NCBI RefSeq assembly: GCF_006345805.1
Contig: NC_043002.1
Span: 88,536,001-88,600,000, forward strand
Direction: 5' to 3'
Source: Octopus sinensis
Lineage: Eukaryota
DNA length: 64,000 bases
Both the position numbers and the translations under genes were made by a program. Shown here piece after piece: positions 1 to 13,084 of this stretch. The notes beneath the pieces are model-generated. The model was not told where the DNA came from and did not search any database. It saw only the letters and a list, made by a program, of their open reading frames with translations. How positions within the stretch are numbered: position 1 is the first letter of the stretch; each line of letters starts with the position of its first letter.

Positions 1-8
1 CTGTCTGA

Positions 9-51
<43 letters not shown>

Positions 52-85
52 TCCATCCATCCATCCATCCATCATCCATCCATCC

Positions 86-123
<38 letters not shown>

Positions 124-147
124 ATCTATCTATCTATTATCTATCTA

Positions 148-224
<77 letters not shown>

Positions 225-233
225 TATCTATCT

Positions 234-330
<97 letters not shown>
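1..330. repeat. Compound microsatellite (TCTG)n/(TCTA)n/(TCCA)n/(TA)n
   Basis: Directly visible tandem tetra- and dinucleotide runs. Confidence 0.97.
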
Positions 331-597
331 CACACAAGGAAACAGCTTAGCAGACAGCAGGTCACCAAGTTCATGAAGTTTTAAAACATGAGTAATTGTA
401 GATACATGACCTGGCACTGCTATTCACATACACACGTATTAAATTTTTAGAGACACTCATACACACAGGCCCAATCACAAATATATCCACATGTGCAACA
501 GTCTCCTAAAAACTCGAACACACAAACACAAGCAAACCTGTTACAAGCCATGAAAGTAAAATCATCATATATGATATTTATGATAATAGTAATAATG

Positions 598-785
598 ATA
601 ATCATCATCATCATCATCATTTAACGTCCGCTTTCCATGCTAGCATGGGTTGGACGATTTGACTGAGGTCTGGCGAACCAGACGCCAATCTGATCTGGCA
701 GAGTTTCTACAGCTGGATGCCCTTCCTAACGCCAACCACTCCGAAAGTGTAGTGGGTGCTTTTATGTGCCACCGGCACGAGGGCC
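598..785 (-). mobile_element. RTE-clade LINE 3' UTR fragment with (GAT)n tail
   Basis: Reverse complement matches the 3' ends at 26000-26377, 29028-29200 and 52140-52329 (GGAAGGGCATCCAGCTGTAGAAAC...CCAACCCATGCTAGCATGGAAAGCGGACGTTAAA then GAT repeats). Confidence 0.85.
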
Positions 786-849
786 AGATAATAATTTTGA
801 TAATTATGATAAATAATAATAACAAAGGTTTATAAATCAGGCACATGGC

Positions 850-1190
850 CTTTTTGAAGGAAGGGTCAGTTAATCACATCTAGCTCAGTGCTTAAATGGT
901 ACTTAATTCACTGACCACAAAAATATGCAAGGTCAGTATCAGTGGAATTTGAACTCAGAACATAAAGAGCTAGAAGACAAGCTACCAATCACCTAGTCAG
1001 ATGTACAAACAATCCTGCCGGCTCTCAACATTAATAAAAATGATAATGATTTTTTCTACTATAGGTACAAGGCTCGAAATTTTGAGAGCAGGTAAGTTGA
1101 TTAGACTGACCCCAGGGATGAAAGGCAAAGTCAACCGCAGTAGAATTTGCACTCAGAACGTAAAGATGGACAAAATGATGCTAAGCATCA
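850..1190 (-). mobile_element. Two degenerate copies of SINE family C (GCTGGCAGAA... type)
   Basis: GGATGAAAGGCAAAGTCAAC and GGAATTTGAACTCAGAAC are reverse complements of the family C core seen at 15105 and 38180. Confidence 0.65.
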
Positions 1191-1214
1191 TGGTGGTGGT
1201 GGTAGTGGTGGTGG

Positions 1215-1245
<31 letters not shown>

Positions 1246-1312
1246 GGTGGTGGTGGTAGTGGTGATGATGGTGATGGTGATGGTGATGATGATGATGATG
1301 ATGATGATGATA
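1190..1312. repeat. (GGT)n-(GAT)n microsatellite
   Basis: Visible; source of the poly-V/poly-G/poly-D ORFs. Confidence 0.95.
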
Positions 1313-3310
1313 AAGGGCAATACTGTAGAAAATTATAGGCCAATATCCTGTTTGCCACTTATGTGGAAGTTATTGACTGGAATACTCGCAGAGTCAATGT
1401 ACGAACATCTAAAAAATATGGAGTCCTGCTACATGAGCAGAAGTGTTGCAAGGGTAAGTGCAGAGGTACCAAGTATCAACTCCTGATAGGTAAAACTGTA
1501 CTTAGCGACTGCAAGAGGAGGAAAAGTAACTTAGCCATGTCATGGATCGACTATCGTAAGGTGTACGATATGATCCCACATTCTTGGATTATGGAGTGTA
1601 TGAACCTATTTGGTATTGCATCAAATGTTGAGCGATTGCTTGGAAAAAGTATGGTGAATTGGAGGACAGACCTGACAGCATACAAAAGAAGTTTAGGGAC
1701 AGTAGAAATTAGGAGGGGCATGTTCTAAGGGAACTGCCTGTCCCCACTGATATTTGTACTATGCTTGATACCACTAACACTGATTCTGAGGAACGCAAAA
1801 GCTGGGTATGTATTCAAAAGCCACCAACAAAAAGTCAACCATTTACTATTCATAGATGACCTCAAACTTTATGGTAGAGATGAAGCCCAAGTCAGTTCCC
1901 TCGTTGATACTGTGTATATCTTCAGTGCTGATATCAGAATGGAGTTCGGACTGAGAAAGCATGGTGTGTTAGTATTGAAGAGAGGCAAAATCAAATGTAT
2001 GGACAGACTAACAATACCACTGGTGGAAGGTTATGAAGCAGATAGAAAAGATGGGCTATAAGTACTTGGGGATTTTGGAAATGGATAAATTAATGGAGAA
2101 ATAAATGACAGAAAAATTTAAGATGGAGTACTTACGCAGACTAAGACTGATCCTTAAGTCGAAATTAAACGGAAAGAATAAGATCAAAGCTATCAACATC
2201 TGGGCAGTTTCACTCCTTAGATATGAAGCAGGGGTAATCACATGGACAGTAGATGAACTAAACAGCTTAGACAGAAAGACAAGGAAGTTGTTAACTAGAT
2301 ATGGGTCGCTCCACCCAAAACGTGACACAGACAGGCTGTATGTACCAAGAAAAAGAGGTGGAAGAGGACTTATTGGATGCGAACACAGCATTAGAGCAGA
2401 AGAAAACAACATAGCATGATATGTAAAAAATGTCACAGAACCACTATTACTAGAAGTAGGAAGGTCAGGCTTGTGTAGCATGAAAGATTATAAAGATAAA
2501 GCATTATACAAGAAATTGAAAACGAATGAAACTGAAAATAAATGGGTAAAGAAAAGAATGCATGGACAATTTTATAGGGATGTTGAAGATAAGACAGACA
2601 GAGAAAAAAGATGGCTGTGGATGACTAAAAGTGATTTAAAATGAGAAATGGTGGCCCTAATCTGTGCTGCCCAAGAGCAAGCACTAAGAGCAAGCTACAT
2701 AAAATACAGAATAGACAACACATCAGAAAGTGATAATTGCAGAATCTGTGGACAAAACGGTGAAACCGTATGGCATATTACCAGCTAATGTACACCATTA
2801 GCCCAGATGAGATATAAGAGACACCATAACAATATAACCAGGCTTATCCATTGGACACTTTGCAACAAGTATGAACTTGACAGAGCAAAAAACTGGTATG
2901 ACCACAAACCTGAAGGCATTGTCGAAAATAGAAATGCAAAGATCCTAAGGAATTTTATGATTCAGTGTGACCATGAGATTGAGAATAGGAAGCTGGATAT
3001 TGTCTTAATTGAGAAAGAAAACAAACTATGCTGGATCACAGACATAGCATGCCCAGCTGACAACAAGGTATGCAATGAGGAAGAAAGAAAAGTCGAGAGA
3101 TATGACAGGTTAGCTTGGGAAGTTAAGCAGTTGTAGTCGATGAAAAGGGGAGCAATAGTACCAATAATTGTCGGAGCCCTGGGAACAGTGAGCAAAAATC
3201 TTGAGAAGTGGAACAAATAGGGGCTGCAATAAGGGTGGAGCACTTGCAGAAAACAGCACTGCTTGGAACTGCTCAAAAAATAAGTTCACTGGTAGTGAAC
3301 AGCTGACACT
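1312..3310 (+). pseudogene. 5'-truncated R4/Dong-clade non-LTR retrotransposon ORF (RT, CCHC, restriction-like endonuclease), many stops and frameshifts
   Basis: [17 protein letters not shown]; [16 protein letters not shown]; RRGMF*GNCLSPLIF; NHLLFIDDLKLY; HPKRDTDRLYVPRKRGGRGL; CRICGQNGETVWHI; ENRKLDIVL...DIACP (PD-D/ExK-like). Confidence 0.9.
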
Positions 3311-3404
3311 GTAGTACATCTCCAGCATTAGAAACTGTGCAAAGGCAGCGACTACAACAGCAATAACAACAACTACAACAATAATAGTAATAATAAAATT
3401 GATC

Positions 3405-3972
3405 ACATCTCACTCCTTTGGAACTTCACTGTTTAAACTGACAGAAAGATTGATGTGAATAGGCCAGACATTATACTGAAAGGCTTCAGACAAAAATCAT
3501 GCCTCCTCATTGATATGACTGTCACAATCGACATAAATATATTTGTCAAAACCAACCAAAAACTCAGCAAGTATAAAGATCTTGAAATAGAAATTGGCAA
3601 AATTTGGAACCTCAAGACCAAAACAATACCTGTTGTCGTAGGTGCCCAAGGAATGATAGCAAAAGGGGTTGATTCCTACCTATCACAGATACCAAGGTAC
3701 CCCAAAATGGCAGAAATTCAAAAGATAGTGCTCATGGGAACTGCCCATGTCCTACATAAAATACTGTCTATGTAATCTCAAATTAAAAAAAAAATTCAAA
3801 ATATTTCCTTATGTTTTCTTAAACATTCTTTAGAACAAATACTATGTGTAAAACCAAATATGTGACACCCTAGGCATAACACCAAATTGAACTTCTAACT
3901 TGTTGTCTCTTGAGGTCTCTGGGTGAGACTTGGAGTCAACTTGTAAAAATGTAAAGCAAAAGTCAAACATAT
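3405..3972 (+). mobile_element. R4/Dong family 2, 3'-terminal fragment (RLE C-terminus, 3' UTR, AAT/GAT tail)
   Basis: NRPDIILKGFRQKSCLLIDMT...KYKDLEIEIGKIWNLKTKTIPVVVGA...LMGTAHVLHKILSM*; same family as 6735-7132 and 50990-52915. Confidence 0.9.
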
Positions 3973-6734
3973 AATGATGATGATGATGATGACGACGACA
4001 ATGATAATAATAATAACAGCAATAACAATAGCAGTAATAATTATTATCATATCATGATAATAATAATAGAAAATAGCAAAAAATAATTGTAATTTTAAAA
4101 GTTGTGTAAGTTAGGGAATAGTAGATTACTTAAACTCCAACCATTATAAAAAATGGACCACAAACTGTGTCCATGGCAGGCAGCTGAATCAAGGGAATCA
4201 AACAGATTTAGGTATATGTTGCAAATAAGGATAAAGTTTAAGCAGCTTGGTGTATTAGAAGGTCAGTAATGTATGCAAAGTGTTTGAAGATGGTGAGAGG
4301 ATGAATCAAAGTTCCACCAAGAGATCTCAGGGAAAGGCAGAGTGAGTGGACATAAACTGTTGGAAAAGAAGACAAAGGTGCATAAGTGGGGAAGGAATAA
4401 AAGGGTAGTCTGATCTAGGACAAAGACAACTAACAGCATTCTGCAGGCTCAGCAATACAAAAGCACAGTGGGAGAGATATCAGCAAAATACTCAAAGCAA
4501 GGGCTGATGGTTAGCCTGTCCTGTCATAGTTACTGCTAGAACCCACTTGGTAGAGTTAAAAGGTACGAGATTTCCTATGCGCACTAAACAATCCTTCTAC
4601 ATTCTGCATATTAAGTAAAGAGTTAATGTTAGATAATGTAATTTTCAATCCCTCCATAGTGCAACGTGTGCAGTTACATCTTCACCTCTGGTAGGACCAG
4701 GCAATCCCAAAACAAACTGTTGCAAAGTATAGTTAACTTCACTCTCTCTGTTAGAGAATGGACATACTCCACAGATGAAGCAGAGAACCTAAAAATTCAC
4801 AAGCATTCCTTGGAAAAAGGATTCACAGGGCTCACAGTGGTACTGATGTAAAACCTGCTACAATTATCAGTCTTCACCATGAACTTATACATGTTATTCT
4901 AAATGTAGTAGCCAGCTAGATAGCATTTCATGGGGACCTTACAGTTTCAACTACAGGATGGTGAGCCCTGGACCATGAGTCCAATGGTCCAACCCTCACT
5001 TCACCCAGAGAAATAGTTTGGTTAGTACAATCCTAGGTAGGAAGTCCAGATCTGCTCAGAGTGGTGAAATCTACACACTTCCCTGAACCCAATGCTGTGG
5101 GTTTCAACATAGTGTATTTCCCAATGTGCTTGTTTGCAAGTGGTACAGGCTCCAGAGACATTAATGGAGTGATCAGCTCCAGCCCTGGAAGTTATCCTGG
5201 CTTGGTATCTCACAAGTCTGCACTTATTAGAGACTGCAATAATAGTAGTCATGTTCAGTTTGGTGTTGCTAGATAACATAATAGTGTTTCTATTGAAGAT
5301 GTTATGGTATCTATGCTGAGGGGAAAATGCCCTATCAGAATCTGGAAGAACAATTTTGATGGGGATGCCTTCCTTCTTCTTTGTGTTGTATTTTTACCAA
5401 TAATACTAATGAAGAAGGCAGGCTGCATTTGTCACATAAATGGGTATTTAAGTTCATGTAATTGACATTTTACCTATCTTCTGAAACTCATATATATATT
5501 ATAAAAAGTATAAATACCAATTATGATTTCTGTGTTCCTTTTATTATATTTGGTGCAAGGACTTTCAAGTATTTCAAGCATTATGAAGACTGTCAACTCA
5601 TGTCTTAGATAGGAGAGGAGTGAGAAGTTGACCTGCCATACCCACACCTTTTGGCAATATGTCACAGCTTCTGACACACCTTGTGCATTATGTATATACT
5701 GCTTTTAATGTTTAGAGTTCTAAATCTGAAAACAAATTGCTTCTTTGTTCCACTGACATCTTTGAACTCCAATCCAACCTAAGCCCAGCATGGTTTCTTA
5801 TATGCCAACTTCACATGCTATTCCTCTCTGAAACATAAATCTGTCAGCCATTATTTATAGTCCATTTCTGCTGTCCAGACTAAACTCTCTACTCAAATTT
5901 CAGTCTGAACAATGAAGTTATTTGTACACATGTAACTTCCATTCTCCCTGCCACTCAACACTCTGACCCAGCTATCAGCAGCTAAATGCTCAAAGTTCCC
6001 TTCTCCTCTGCTTCCTCTTCTACTCTCCAAACTCTTATAATCAACACCAAATTTCCAACGATATCTCTTCTTATATTGAGGACATCCATCTTACTTCCTC
6101 TTCTTTCAAAGTACACATCACCAGTTTATTTCAACTATCACATCTCTACTTAACTCTGACATTCATCTAATACTGATACTGCTAACGCAGACCCTGAATC
6201 TTTCAAAATCTATTTTCAACATCAACTGGTTTCATCCCCTATAAATGTCTTACCTAACATGCTATTCACTGTCCCTGCAACTATTTTTTGCTTTGTCTTG
6301 TGAAATTTTTTGTACTTTTATTCAATCATTTTTCCCTATATGTTTAGTTCCTTTGTGATGCCTTCATTAATGAAATTAAATAAGCTTATCTTATTTTTGG
6401 CTTTTGGACAGTTTTGTGTTATTTTCATAGTATCTTCTTTCTTTGAGTCATTCTATTTCTCTTTCAGAGAAATTCAATTATTTATTATTAATCAACATCT
6501 AGCTAGTAATGGTCTTTCTTTTAATTTTTGTCTCCACAATTTCTGTTTCTTCTCCAGATCTCTTACATCGCCTAAATGATTCTAGAGTATATAAGAGATT
6601 TTATGATAACATGGTATTTGTTTAACACTTGAAGGTATTGTTATTTGGTCTTAGCAGTCATGTTGTTGTTATGGTTGTTGTTGTTTTTGTTGTGTTTGTA
6701 ATTATTATTATTATTAATATTATTATTATTATTA

Positions 6735-7130
6735 TTATTCTATGTTTGACTTTTGCTTTACATTTGTACAAGCTGGCTCCAAGTCTCACCCAGAAACCTC
6801 AAGAAACAACAGGTTGGAAGTTCATGTTGGTGTTATGCATAGTGTGCCATATATTTGGTTTTGTATTTAGTGTTGTACTAGTGAATGTCTAAAAAAAACC
6901 ATACGAAAATTATGTTTGTTTTAAAACTTGAGATTACATAGAAAGTATTTTGCGAAGGATATGAGCAGTTCCCATGAGCACTATCTTTTTAATTTCTGCT
7001 ATTTTGGGGTTTCCTGGTATCTGAGTTAGGTAGCAATCAGCCCCTTTTGCTATCATTCCCAGGGCACCTATGACAACAGGTATTGTTTTAGTCTTCATGC
7101 TCCACATTTTGCTGATGAAATTTCTATTTC

Positions 7131-7132
<2 letters not shown>
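6735..7132 (-). mobile_element. R4/Dong family 2, 3'-terminal fragment between two (ATT)n tracts
   Basis: Minus strand reads EIEISKMWSMKTKTIPVVIGALGMIAKGADCYLTQIPGNPK...LMGTAHILRKILSM*, followed by the same 3' UTR as 3775-3970. Confidence 0.88.
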
Positions 7133-7174
<42 letters not shown>

Positions 7175-7728
7175 GAGTGAGCGAGCAGAGCATGCCATCA
7201 AAGTGACACTGGGGTAAAATATACGAAGCCCAGTATACCCATCATGACTACCCGTCTGATAAGGGTACACCAGGCACATGCATCACAACCATATGTGCAC
7301 GACATGGTGATCTCATATCAAGATAAACAGCACATGACCTTGCAGGTGGAGCCCAGTTAGAATTTTCTTCAGATCAAGTAACCCATCCCGCTCAAAAGGT
7401 CCCTGAATAAGGGTTGTTTAAGGACGTTGAACGAAACACCCATGTTTCCAGAGGTGAATTATTCAAACCCCAAAGAATCCTTCTCAACATATGGCTATGA
7501 TGCTCCCCCACTACTTCTGCTCGTGATCAGAGATGCACATATCGTCAGCCACTAGGGGACATGCTCAACTGGTTAAGGTCAAACAACTGACAAGCAAATC
7601 TGTGGTATTGAGCAGAATATTTGCTGTAGCCCATCTTTTATACCAAGACAAAACAATGTACATGATAACACTTCCAATCAGTTAAGATCAGAAGCCATGA
7701 GAGCCACTGCCTGGTACTGCATCAGGGC
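7175..7728 (-). mobile_element. About 550-bp non-coding retroposed repeat with (AAT)n tail (long R4-type 3' UTR or non-autonomous element), copy 1
   Basis: Aligns by eye along its length with 10008-10512; ends CTCACTCAATAATAAT on the minus strand. Confidence 0.7.
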
Positions 7729-7782
<54 letters not shown>

Positions 7783-7788
7783 CATTAC

Positions 7789-7839
<51 letters not shown>

Positions 7840-7856
7840 CATCATTATTACTATTG

Positions 7857-8167
7857 TGGAGGTGCAATGACCCAGTGGTTAGGGCAGCGGATTTGCGATC
7901 ATAGGATCGCAGTTTCGATTCCCAGACTGGGAGTTGTGAGTGTTTACTGAGCGAAAACACCTAAAGCTCCACAAGGCTCCGGCAGGGGGTGGTGGCGATC
8001 CCTGCTGCACTCTTTCACCACAACTTTCTCTCACTCTTTCCTCTGTTGGCCTGCTCACTAAGCCAGTGGGGTGGCATCATTTGAAGGCTAAAACAATGCA
8101 AAGTGCATTGTGACTAGCGATGTGTAGCAACATCTGATAGCCTGGTCAGTCACGGTGATCACGGTGA
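7857..8167 (+). mobile_element. tRNA-derived SINE, family A
   Basis: A box TGACCCAGTGG, B box GTTTCGATTCCC, central GAGCGAAAACACCTAAAGCTCCAC, tail CTGATAGCCTGGTC..TCACGGTG; second copy at 58053. Confidence 0.88.
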
Positions 8168-8190
8168 TTATTATAATTACTATTATTATA

Positions 8191-8234
<44 letters not shown>

Positions 8235-8237
8235 GAA

Positions 8238-8652
8238 GGCAGTGAGCTGGCAGAATTGCTAGCACATCAGGCAAAATACTTAGCAGCATTTCATCTGTCA
8301 TAATGCTCTGAGCTCAAATTCTGCTGAGGTCAACTTTTCCTTTTCATTCTTTCAGGGTTAATAAAATAAGTACCAGCCGAGTACCGGGGTTGATGTGATC
8401 GACTATCCCCCTCCCCCACAAATTCCAGGTGTTGCACCTATGGCAGAAAGGATTATTATCATTATTATTATTATTGAGGCAGCGATGGTATTTCGCTCAT
8501 CACTAAGTTTTGAGTTCAAATCCCTCTGAGGTCAACTTTACCTTTCATCCTTTTGGGGTCAATAAATTAAGTACCAGTGAAATTCTGGGGTTGATATAAT
8601 CGATTAGTCCACCCCCCAAATTTTCAGGCCTTGTGCCTGTAATAGAAAGGAT
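8238..8652 (+). mobile_element. Two tandem SINE family C copies (8238-8452; partial 8478-8652)
   Basis: GCTGGCAGAA head, B-box-like GAGTTCAAAT, core GACTTTGCCTTTCATCCTTTCGGGGTCGATAAATTAAGTACCAG (degenerate), (ATT)n tails. Confidence 0.8.
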
Positions 8653-8664
8653 TATTATTATTAT

Positions 8665-9240
8665 TATTATTACTTTTTTTTTCTTCTTTCAAATTTGCTT
8701 CCATTTCTTGCCGAGTGTCTTCCCGACTCCTAGGGCAAAGAAACTCATAGTATACATTGGTAGGCCATTAAACCAAACTCAGTAGTTCGTTCATTTTTTT
8801 TTTTTTTTTTTAAGTTAAATTAAAATACATGAGCAGCAACAGTTCTCACATCGACAATGCTCTTCTCAATACGTGTGATGTACCAGTTAAGACAATCTTT
8901 TGCACTTCTTGCAGGGATGGTAAGCCAGGGATCATTCTCATATAATTTTCGGTTCCCTTCTTGATCATTCCTAGTGCTCCTACGATCACTGGTATTGTAA
9001 CCGCCTTGAGATGCCACATTTTCTCAATTTCAATGAGTAGGTCTTTATATTTTCTGAGCTTGTCAAACTCTTTTGCTGAGATATTATGATCACAGGGGAT
9101 GCTCATGTCGATCAATAAGCAAACTTTATTGTTTTGGTCTTTCACAACAATATCTGGTTTATTGGCCTTCATGGTTTGGTCTGTATGTACTGGAAAGTCC
9201 CACAGAATCGTTACATTTTCTCCTTCAGTTACAGCCTCAG
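8665..9240 (-). mobile_element. R4/Dong family 3, 5'-truncated copy (RLE domain open 9240 to stop at 8846, plus 3' UTR) inserted in (TAA)n
   Basis: ILWDFPVHTDQTMKANKPDIVVKDQNNKVCLLIDMSIPCDHN...KYKDLLIEIEKMWHLKAVTIPVIVGALG; (ATT)n on both sides. Confidence 0.92.
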
Positions 9241-9248
9241 TTATTATT

Positions 9249-9279
<31 letters not shown>

Positions 9280-9308
9280 TCATCATTATTATTATCATCA
9301 TCATTATT

Positions 9309-9355
<47 letters not shown>

Positions 9356-9466
9356 ATTATTATTATTATTATTATTATTATTAGCATCATCATCATCATC
9401 ATTATTATCATTATCATTATTATTATTGTTGTTATTCTTCTTCCTCTTATTATCATTATCATCATG

Positions 9467-9564
<98 letters not shown>

Positions 9565-9597
9565 CAGCAGCAGCAGTAGTAGTAGTAGTAGTATTCA
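9240..9597. repeat. Compound trinucleotide microsatellite (ATT)n/(ATC)n/(AGT)n/(AGC)n
   Basis: Visible. Confidence 0.97.
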
Positions 9598-9995
9598 GTA
9601 GTCTTATTTTCATCACATGCTTTCACTGCACAACTGAGCGCAGTTCTATGTGCCTTGGGTATGTGCTGTGGTTTGTTTTGGTGCTTCTATATTCACTGTA
9701 CTGAAAGTGCTTTACATAGTATGTGTGTGGTACCTAGATGCTGCACACATCTTACATATATTTTCTGTATGTTATATACATTCAAAAGTCCTAGTGTTTT
9801 GGCTATGTATTTGTTTGAATGTTTTTTAATCGTAACTAATGCACCTATCATTTCAGGGATTGTTTCTGTTTTTAGGCTCTGCATTTAGGTAATATTTCCA
9901 GATCTTTGTATTTTGAGAATTTCACCATTTCTTTAGAGATACATTGTCATCTGTTGGAATTGATACATCATTTAGAAGGTGTTTTTTTCTTGGTA
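9598..9995 (-). mobile_element. R4/Dong family 4, degenerate RLE C-terminus and 3' UTR
   Basis: Minus strand ...KFSKYKDLEI...MQSLKTETIPEMIGALVTIKKHSNKYIAKTLGLLNVYNIQKI, homologous to the other RLE C-termini. Confidence 0.75.
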
Positions 9996-10007
9996 ATTTC
10001 TATTATT

Positions 10008-10512
10008 ATTGAGTGAGAGAGCAGTGCATGCCATCAAAGTGATACTGAGGTAAAATATACAAAGCCCAGTATACCCATCATGACTACCCATCTGATTAGG
10101 GTACACCAGGAACATACATCACAACCATATGTGCATGAAATGGTGATCTCATATCAAGATCAACAGCACATGACCTTGCAGGTGGGGCCCAGTTAGACTT
10201 TTCTTCAGGTCAAGTAGCCCATCCCACTCGAAAGGTCCCTGAACAAGGGTTGTTTAAGGATGTTGAACAAAACACCCATGTTTTCAGAGGTGAACAATTC
10301 AAGCTCTAAAGAATTCCTCTCAACACATGGCTATGATGCTCCTCCACTACTTCTGCTCGTGATCAGAGATGCACATATTGTCAACCGGTTAAGGTTAAAT
10401 AATTGACAAGTAAATCTGTGGTATTGAGCAGAACATTTCTTGTAGCCCATCTTTTATAACAAGAAAAACATTTACATAACACTTACAATCAGTTAAGATC
10501 AAAAGCCAGTGC
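10008..10512 (-). mobile_element. About 500-bp non-coding retroposed repeat, copy 2 (5'-shortened)
   Basis: Homologous to 7175-7728. Confidence 0.7.
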
Positions 10513-10514
10513 TT

Positions 10515-10516
10515 AG

Positions 10517-10556
<40 letters not shown>

Positions 10557-10672
10557 GCTACTGCTGCTGCTGCTGCTACTACTACTACTACTGCTACTAC
10601 TGCTGCTGCTGCTGCTGCTGCTACTACTACTACTACTACTACTACTATTGTTGTTGTTGTTGTTGTTATCAT
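10515..10672. repeat. (ACT)n/(GCT)n/(GTT)n microsatellite
   Basis: Visible. Confidence 0.95.
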
Positions 10673-10674
10673 TA

Positions 10675-10860
10675 AGATGGCAAGCTGGCAGTATTGTTAG
10701 CACACTGGACGAAATGCTTAGTGGTATTTCGCTTGTTGCTATGTTCTGAGTTCAAATGCTACTGGGGTTGACTTTGCCTTTCATCCTTTCTGGGGGTCGA
10801 TATAATTGACTAGTCCTCTCCTCCAAAATTTCATGCCTTGTGCCCAGAGTAGAAAGGATT
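10675..10860 (+). mobile_element. SINE family C (internally deleted)
   Basis: Same head and GACTTTGCCTTTCATCCTTTC core. Confidence 0.78.
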
Positions 10861-10864
10861 ATTA

Positions 10865-11310
10865 TTACTTTTTTACTCATTACTTCCTGCAACTCATCTA
10901 AAACCTTTTGATCTTCTTCACTTAAACCACTTAAGTTGTTGGTGCCAGTTGTCCCTTCCTTATTGGTAGCACTATTATTATTTTTTCCTTTAGGTTCTTC
11001 TTTGATTTGAGATGTATCTCTTTTGTTGTTTGTCTTTCCAACTACCTGGTCTTTCTTTTCCAGTTCTCTTGTGATCTCTTCTACCTCCAATTCTGCCATT
11101 TACTTTCTTTTCCTATTAGCATTAGCTTGATCAACTAATCTCTCCTCAGTCACTTTGAACATACTCTTCTCAACCCAAAGTGTTAACATCTATTTTCTAT
11201 TGCCCTTTCTTTTAGGTTCACTTTCTAAGTTGCACTGTATCATTATCCTGTTTTCTGTGTTGGTCCACTTCCTCCTCCTTGTTCTACTATCTGCTGATGT
11301 TACATTAAGA
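10865..11310 (-). pseudogene. N-terminal fragment of an R4/Dong ORF
   Basis: Minus strand RRRKWTNTENRIMIQCNLESEPKRKGNRK*MLTLWVEKSMFKVTEERLVDQAN...MAELEVEEITREL, resembling the conserved pre-RT N-terminal block of R4/Dong proteins. Confidence 0.7.
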
Positions 11311-12129
11311 TGACAGCTGTGGTCAGTCTGCATCTTTACTGTTCCACTGCAAGAGGCCTACCCTTAAAGGTCCAACTCCATTATCGCTGTTACAACCAGA
11401 GTTTTTCAGAAACTCCTGTCTCTCATAAACTGAGGCAAGGTAACGTTCATCACCGTTGTCATCACCACTATTATTTCTCAGCATCTGAAAGTTTCAAGCA
11501 ACTTTCTATTGCATTATTTGTTGCACCTTTGTGATGGTGGGGTGGTGTGTACTGCATTTTTTTTTTTTGCAGTGTGGGATATTGTATTGTATCAGTATGT
11601 TCTGTTGTGGGGTTTTGTTTGAGTCTTCTATTGTATTAGTTTTTATCTTGTATGTTTGTGTAGTGCAGGTTGTCTTCTTCTGTCAGATATCAAACATGTT
11701 GTGGGTTTTGTTCATTTTGTTGGGTATTTACAGTATGAGTTTATTCTTGTATGGTTTTGGAGGGGTGTTGCATAGTAGTGTGTGCGTGTGACTCCTAAAT
11801 CAACAATTTTATAGTATTTATGATTATCCGTCTGCTGTTCTTTTACTTGGTTTCGTTATGGGTTCCGTTAATTATTATTATCATTATTATTATCACTTTC
11901 ATTATCATCTTCTTTCAGTTCTGTTTCCTTTTCTTAACAAGTGCCTTCCTGACACCTACGGCAGAGACATGCATTGTATACATTAAAATAATCACACCAG
12001 ATTGTTCATTTACAAAGACATGTGATAGAAAAATGGGGAAGAAAAACAGAGAGAAAAATAAAAAATATAAAATATAAAAGTAAACAAAGAAAAGGGCAAA
12101 GAAGGTAAGAAAATTCACAACAAAACTCT

Positions 12130-12295
12130 TCTCAGTATGGGTAAATTATCAGTTAATACAATCTTTTGCGCTTCCTGCATGAATGGTAATCCAGAGATCA
12201 TTTTCAAATAATTTTCAGTTCCTTTACTGATCATTTCAAGTACTCCGACAATCACTGGTATTGTAACCGTCTTGAGATGCTACCTTTGCTCCAAC
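12130..12295 (-). mobile_element. R4/Dong family 3-like RLE C-terminal fragment
   Basis: HLKTVTIPVIVGVLEMISKGTENYLKMISGLPFMQEAQKIVLT, paralogous to 8846-9020. Confidence 0.8.
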
Positions 12296-12808
12296 TGTGT
12301 GGCATTATTAAATGTTGAAATTAAAAATACACCAAATTTTTCCAGTTTTTTGCTTTAAAATTGTATAGATATAAATATATATATTCTCTTCTGGTTTCAA
12401 TTATTTAAATTCTTCCTCAGAGGTAGGAGCTGGTTTCTAACAAAGATACAAAGCCCCTTTGTTGCAATGTAGATAACAAAAGCAAAGTCATATTTTAACC
12501 TTTAGAAAGGTCTTGCCTATTTTTACTGTTCCACTTACAGATTGTCTTTATAATGTGAGAGATGATTGATTTCTTTTTGTGAAAACTCTAGTTTAGCCAA
12601 ATTGTCACAAAGACAATTACTCACCAACCCACGAGCACTAATTATTATTGGTATGAATGTAAATTTATAATCTGGGTATGTATGTATGTATGTATGTAGG
12701 AATGCATGTATGCAAGCATGTATGTATATGAGTGGTTGAACATAGAAAAGAACATAACACTGAACCCCTAAATGTATGCGTATATATTTATGCTCCTTTG
12801 TATGTATG

Positions 12809-12903
<95 letters not shown>

Positions 12904-13084
12904 GTGTGTGTGTGTGTGTGTGTGTGTGTATTTATTGGAGTATTGTGTTTAGTGGAGTAAAATGAAGTATATCATGTGAAAACAGAGTTGTGTCTATCCA
13001 CCACTTCCTGAAATCTGTATATCGAACATATAGAAGGCTATAAAAAAACACACACGTGCATGTGTGTGTGTGTGTGTAGACACA

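Noticed and set aside
4130-6300. Possible ancient minus-strand LINE (hints such as EVGI*ET and GADHS)
   Set aside because: Motifs are too short and broken to support by eye; needs tblastn or an HMM search.
7857-7930. tRNA-like sequences (also 15020-15089, 38985-39051, 58053-58125)
   Set aside because: They are SINE heads: no complete acceptor stem, and they continue into shared SINE bodies.
8846-9616. 256-aa ORF with a low-complexity N-terminus fused to an endonuclease domain
   Set aside because: Chance in-frame fusion of a trinucleotide SSR to a 5'-truncated R4 fragment.
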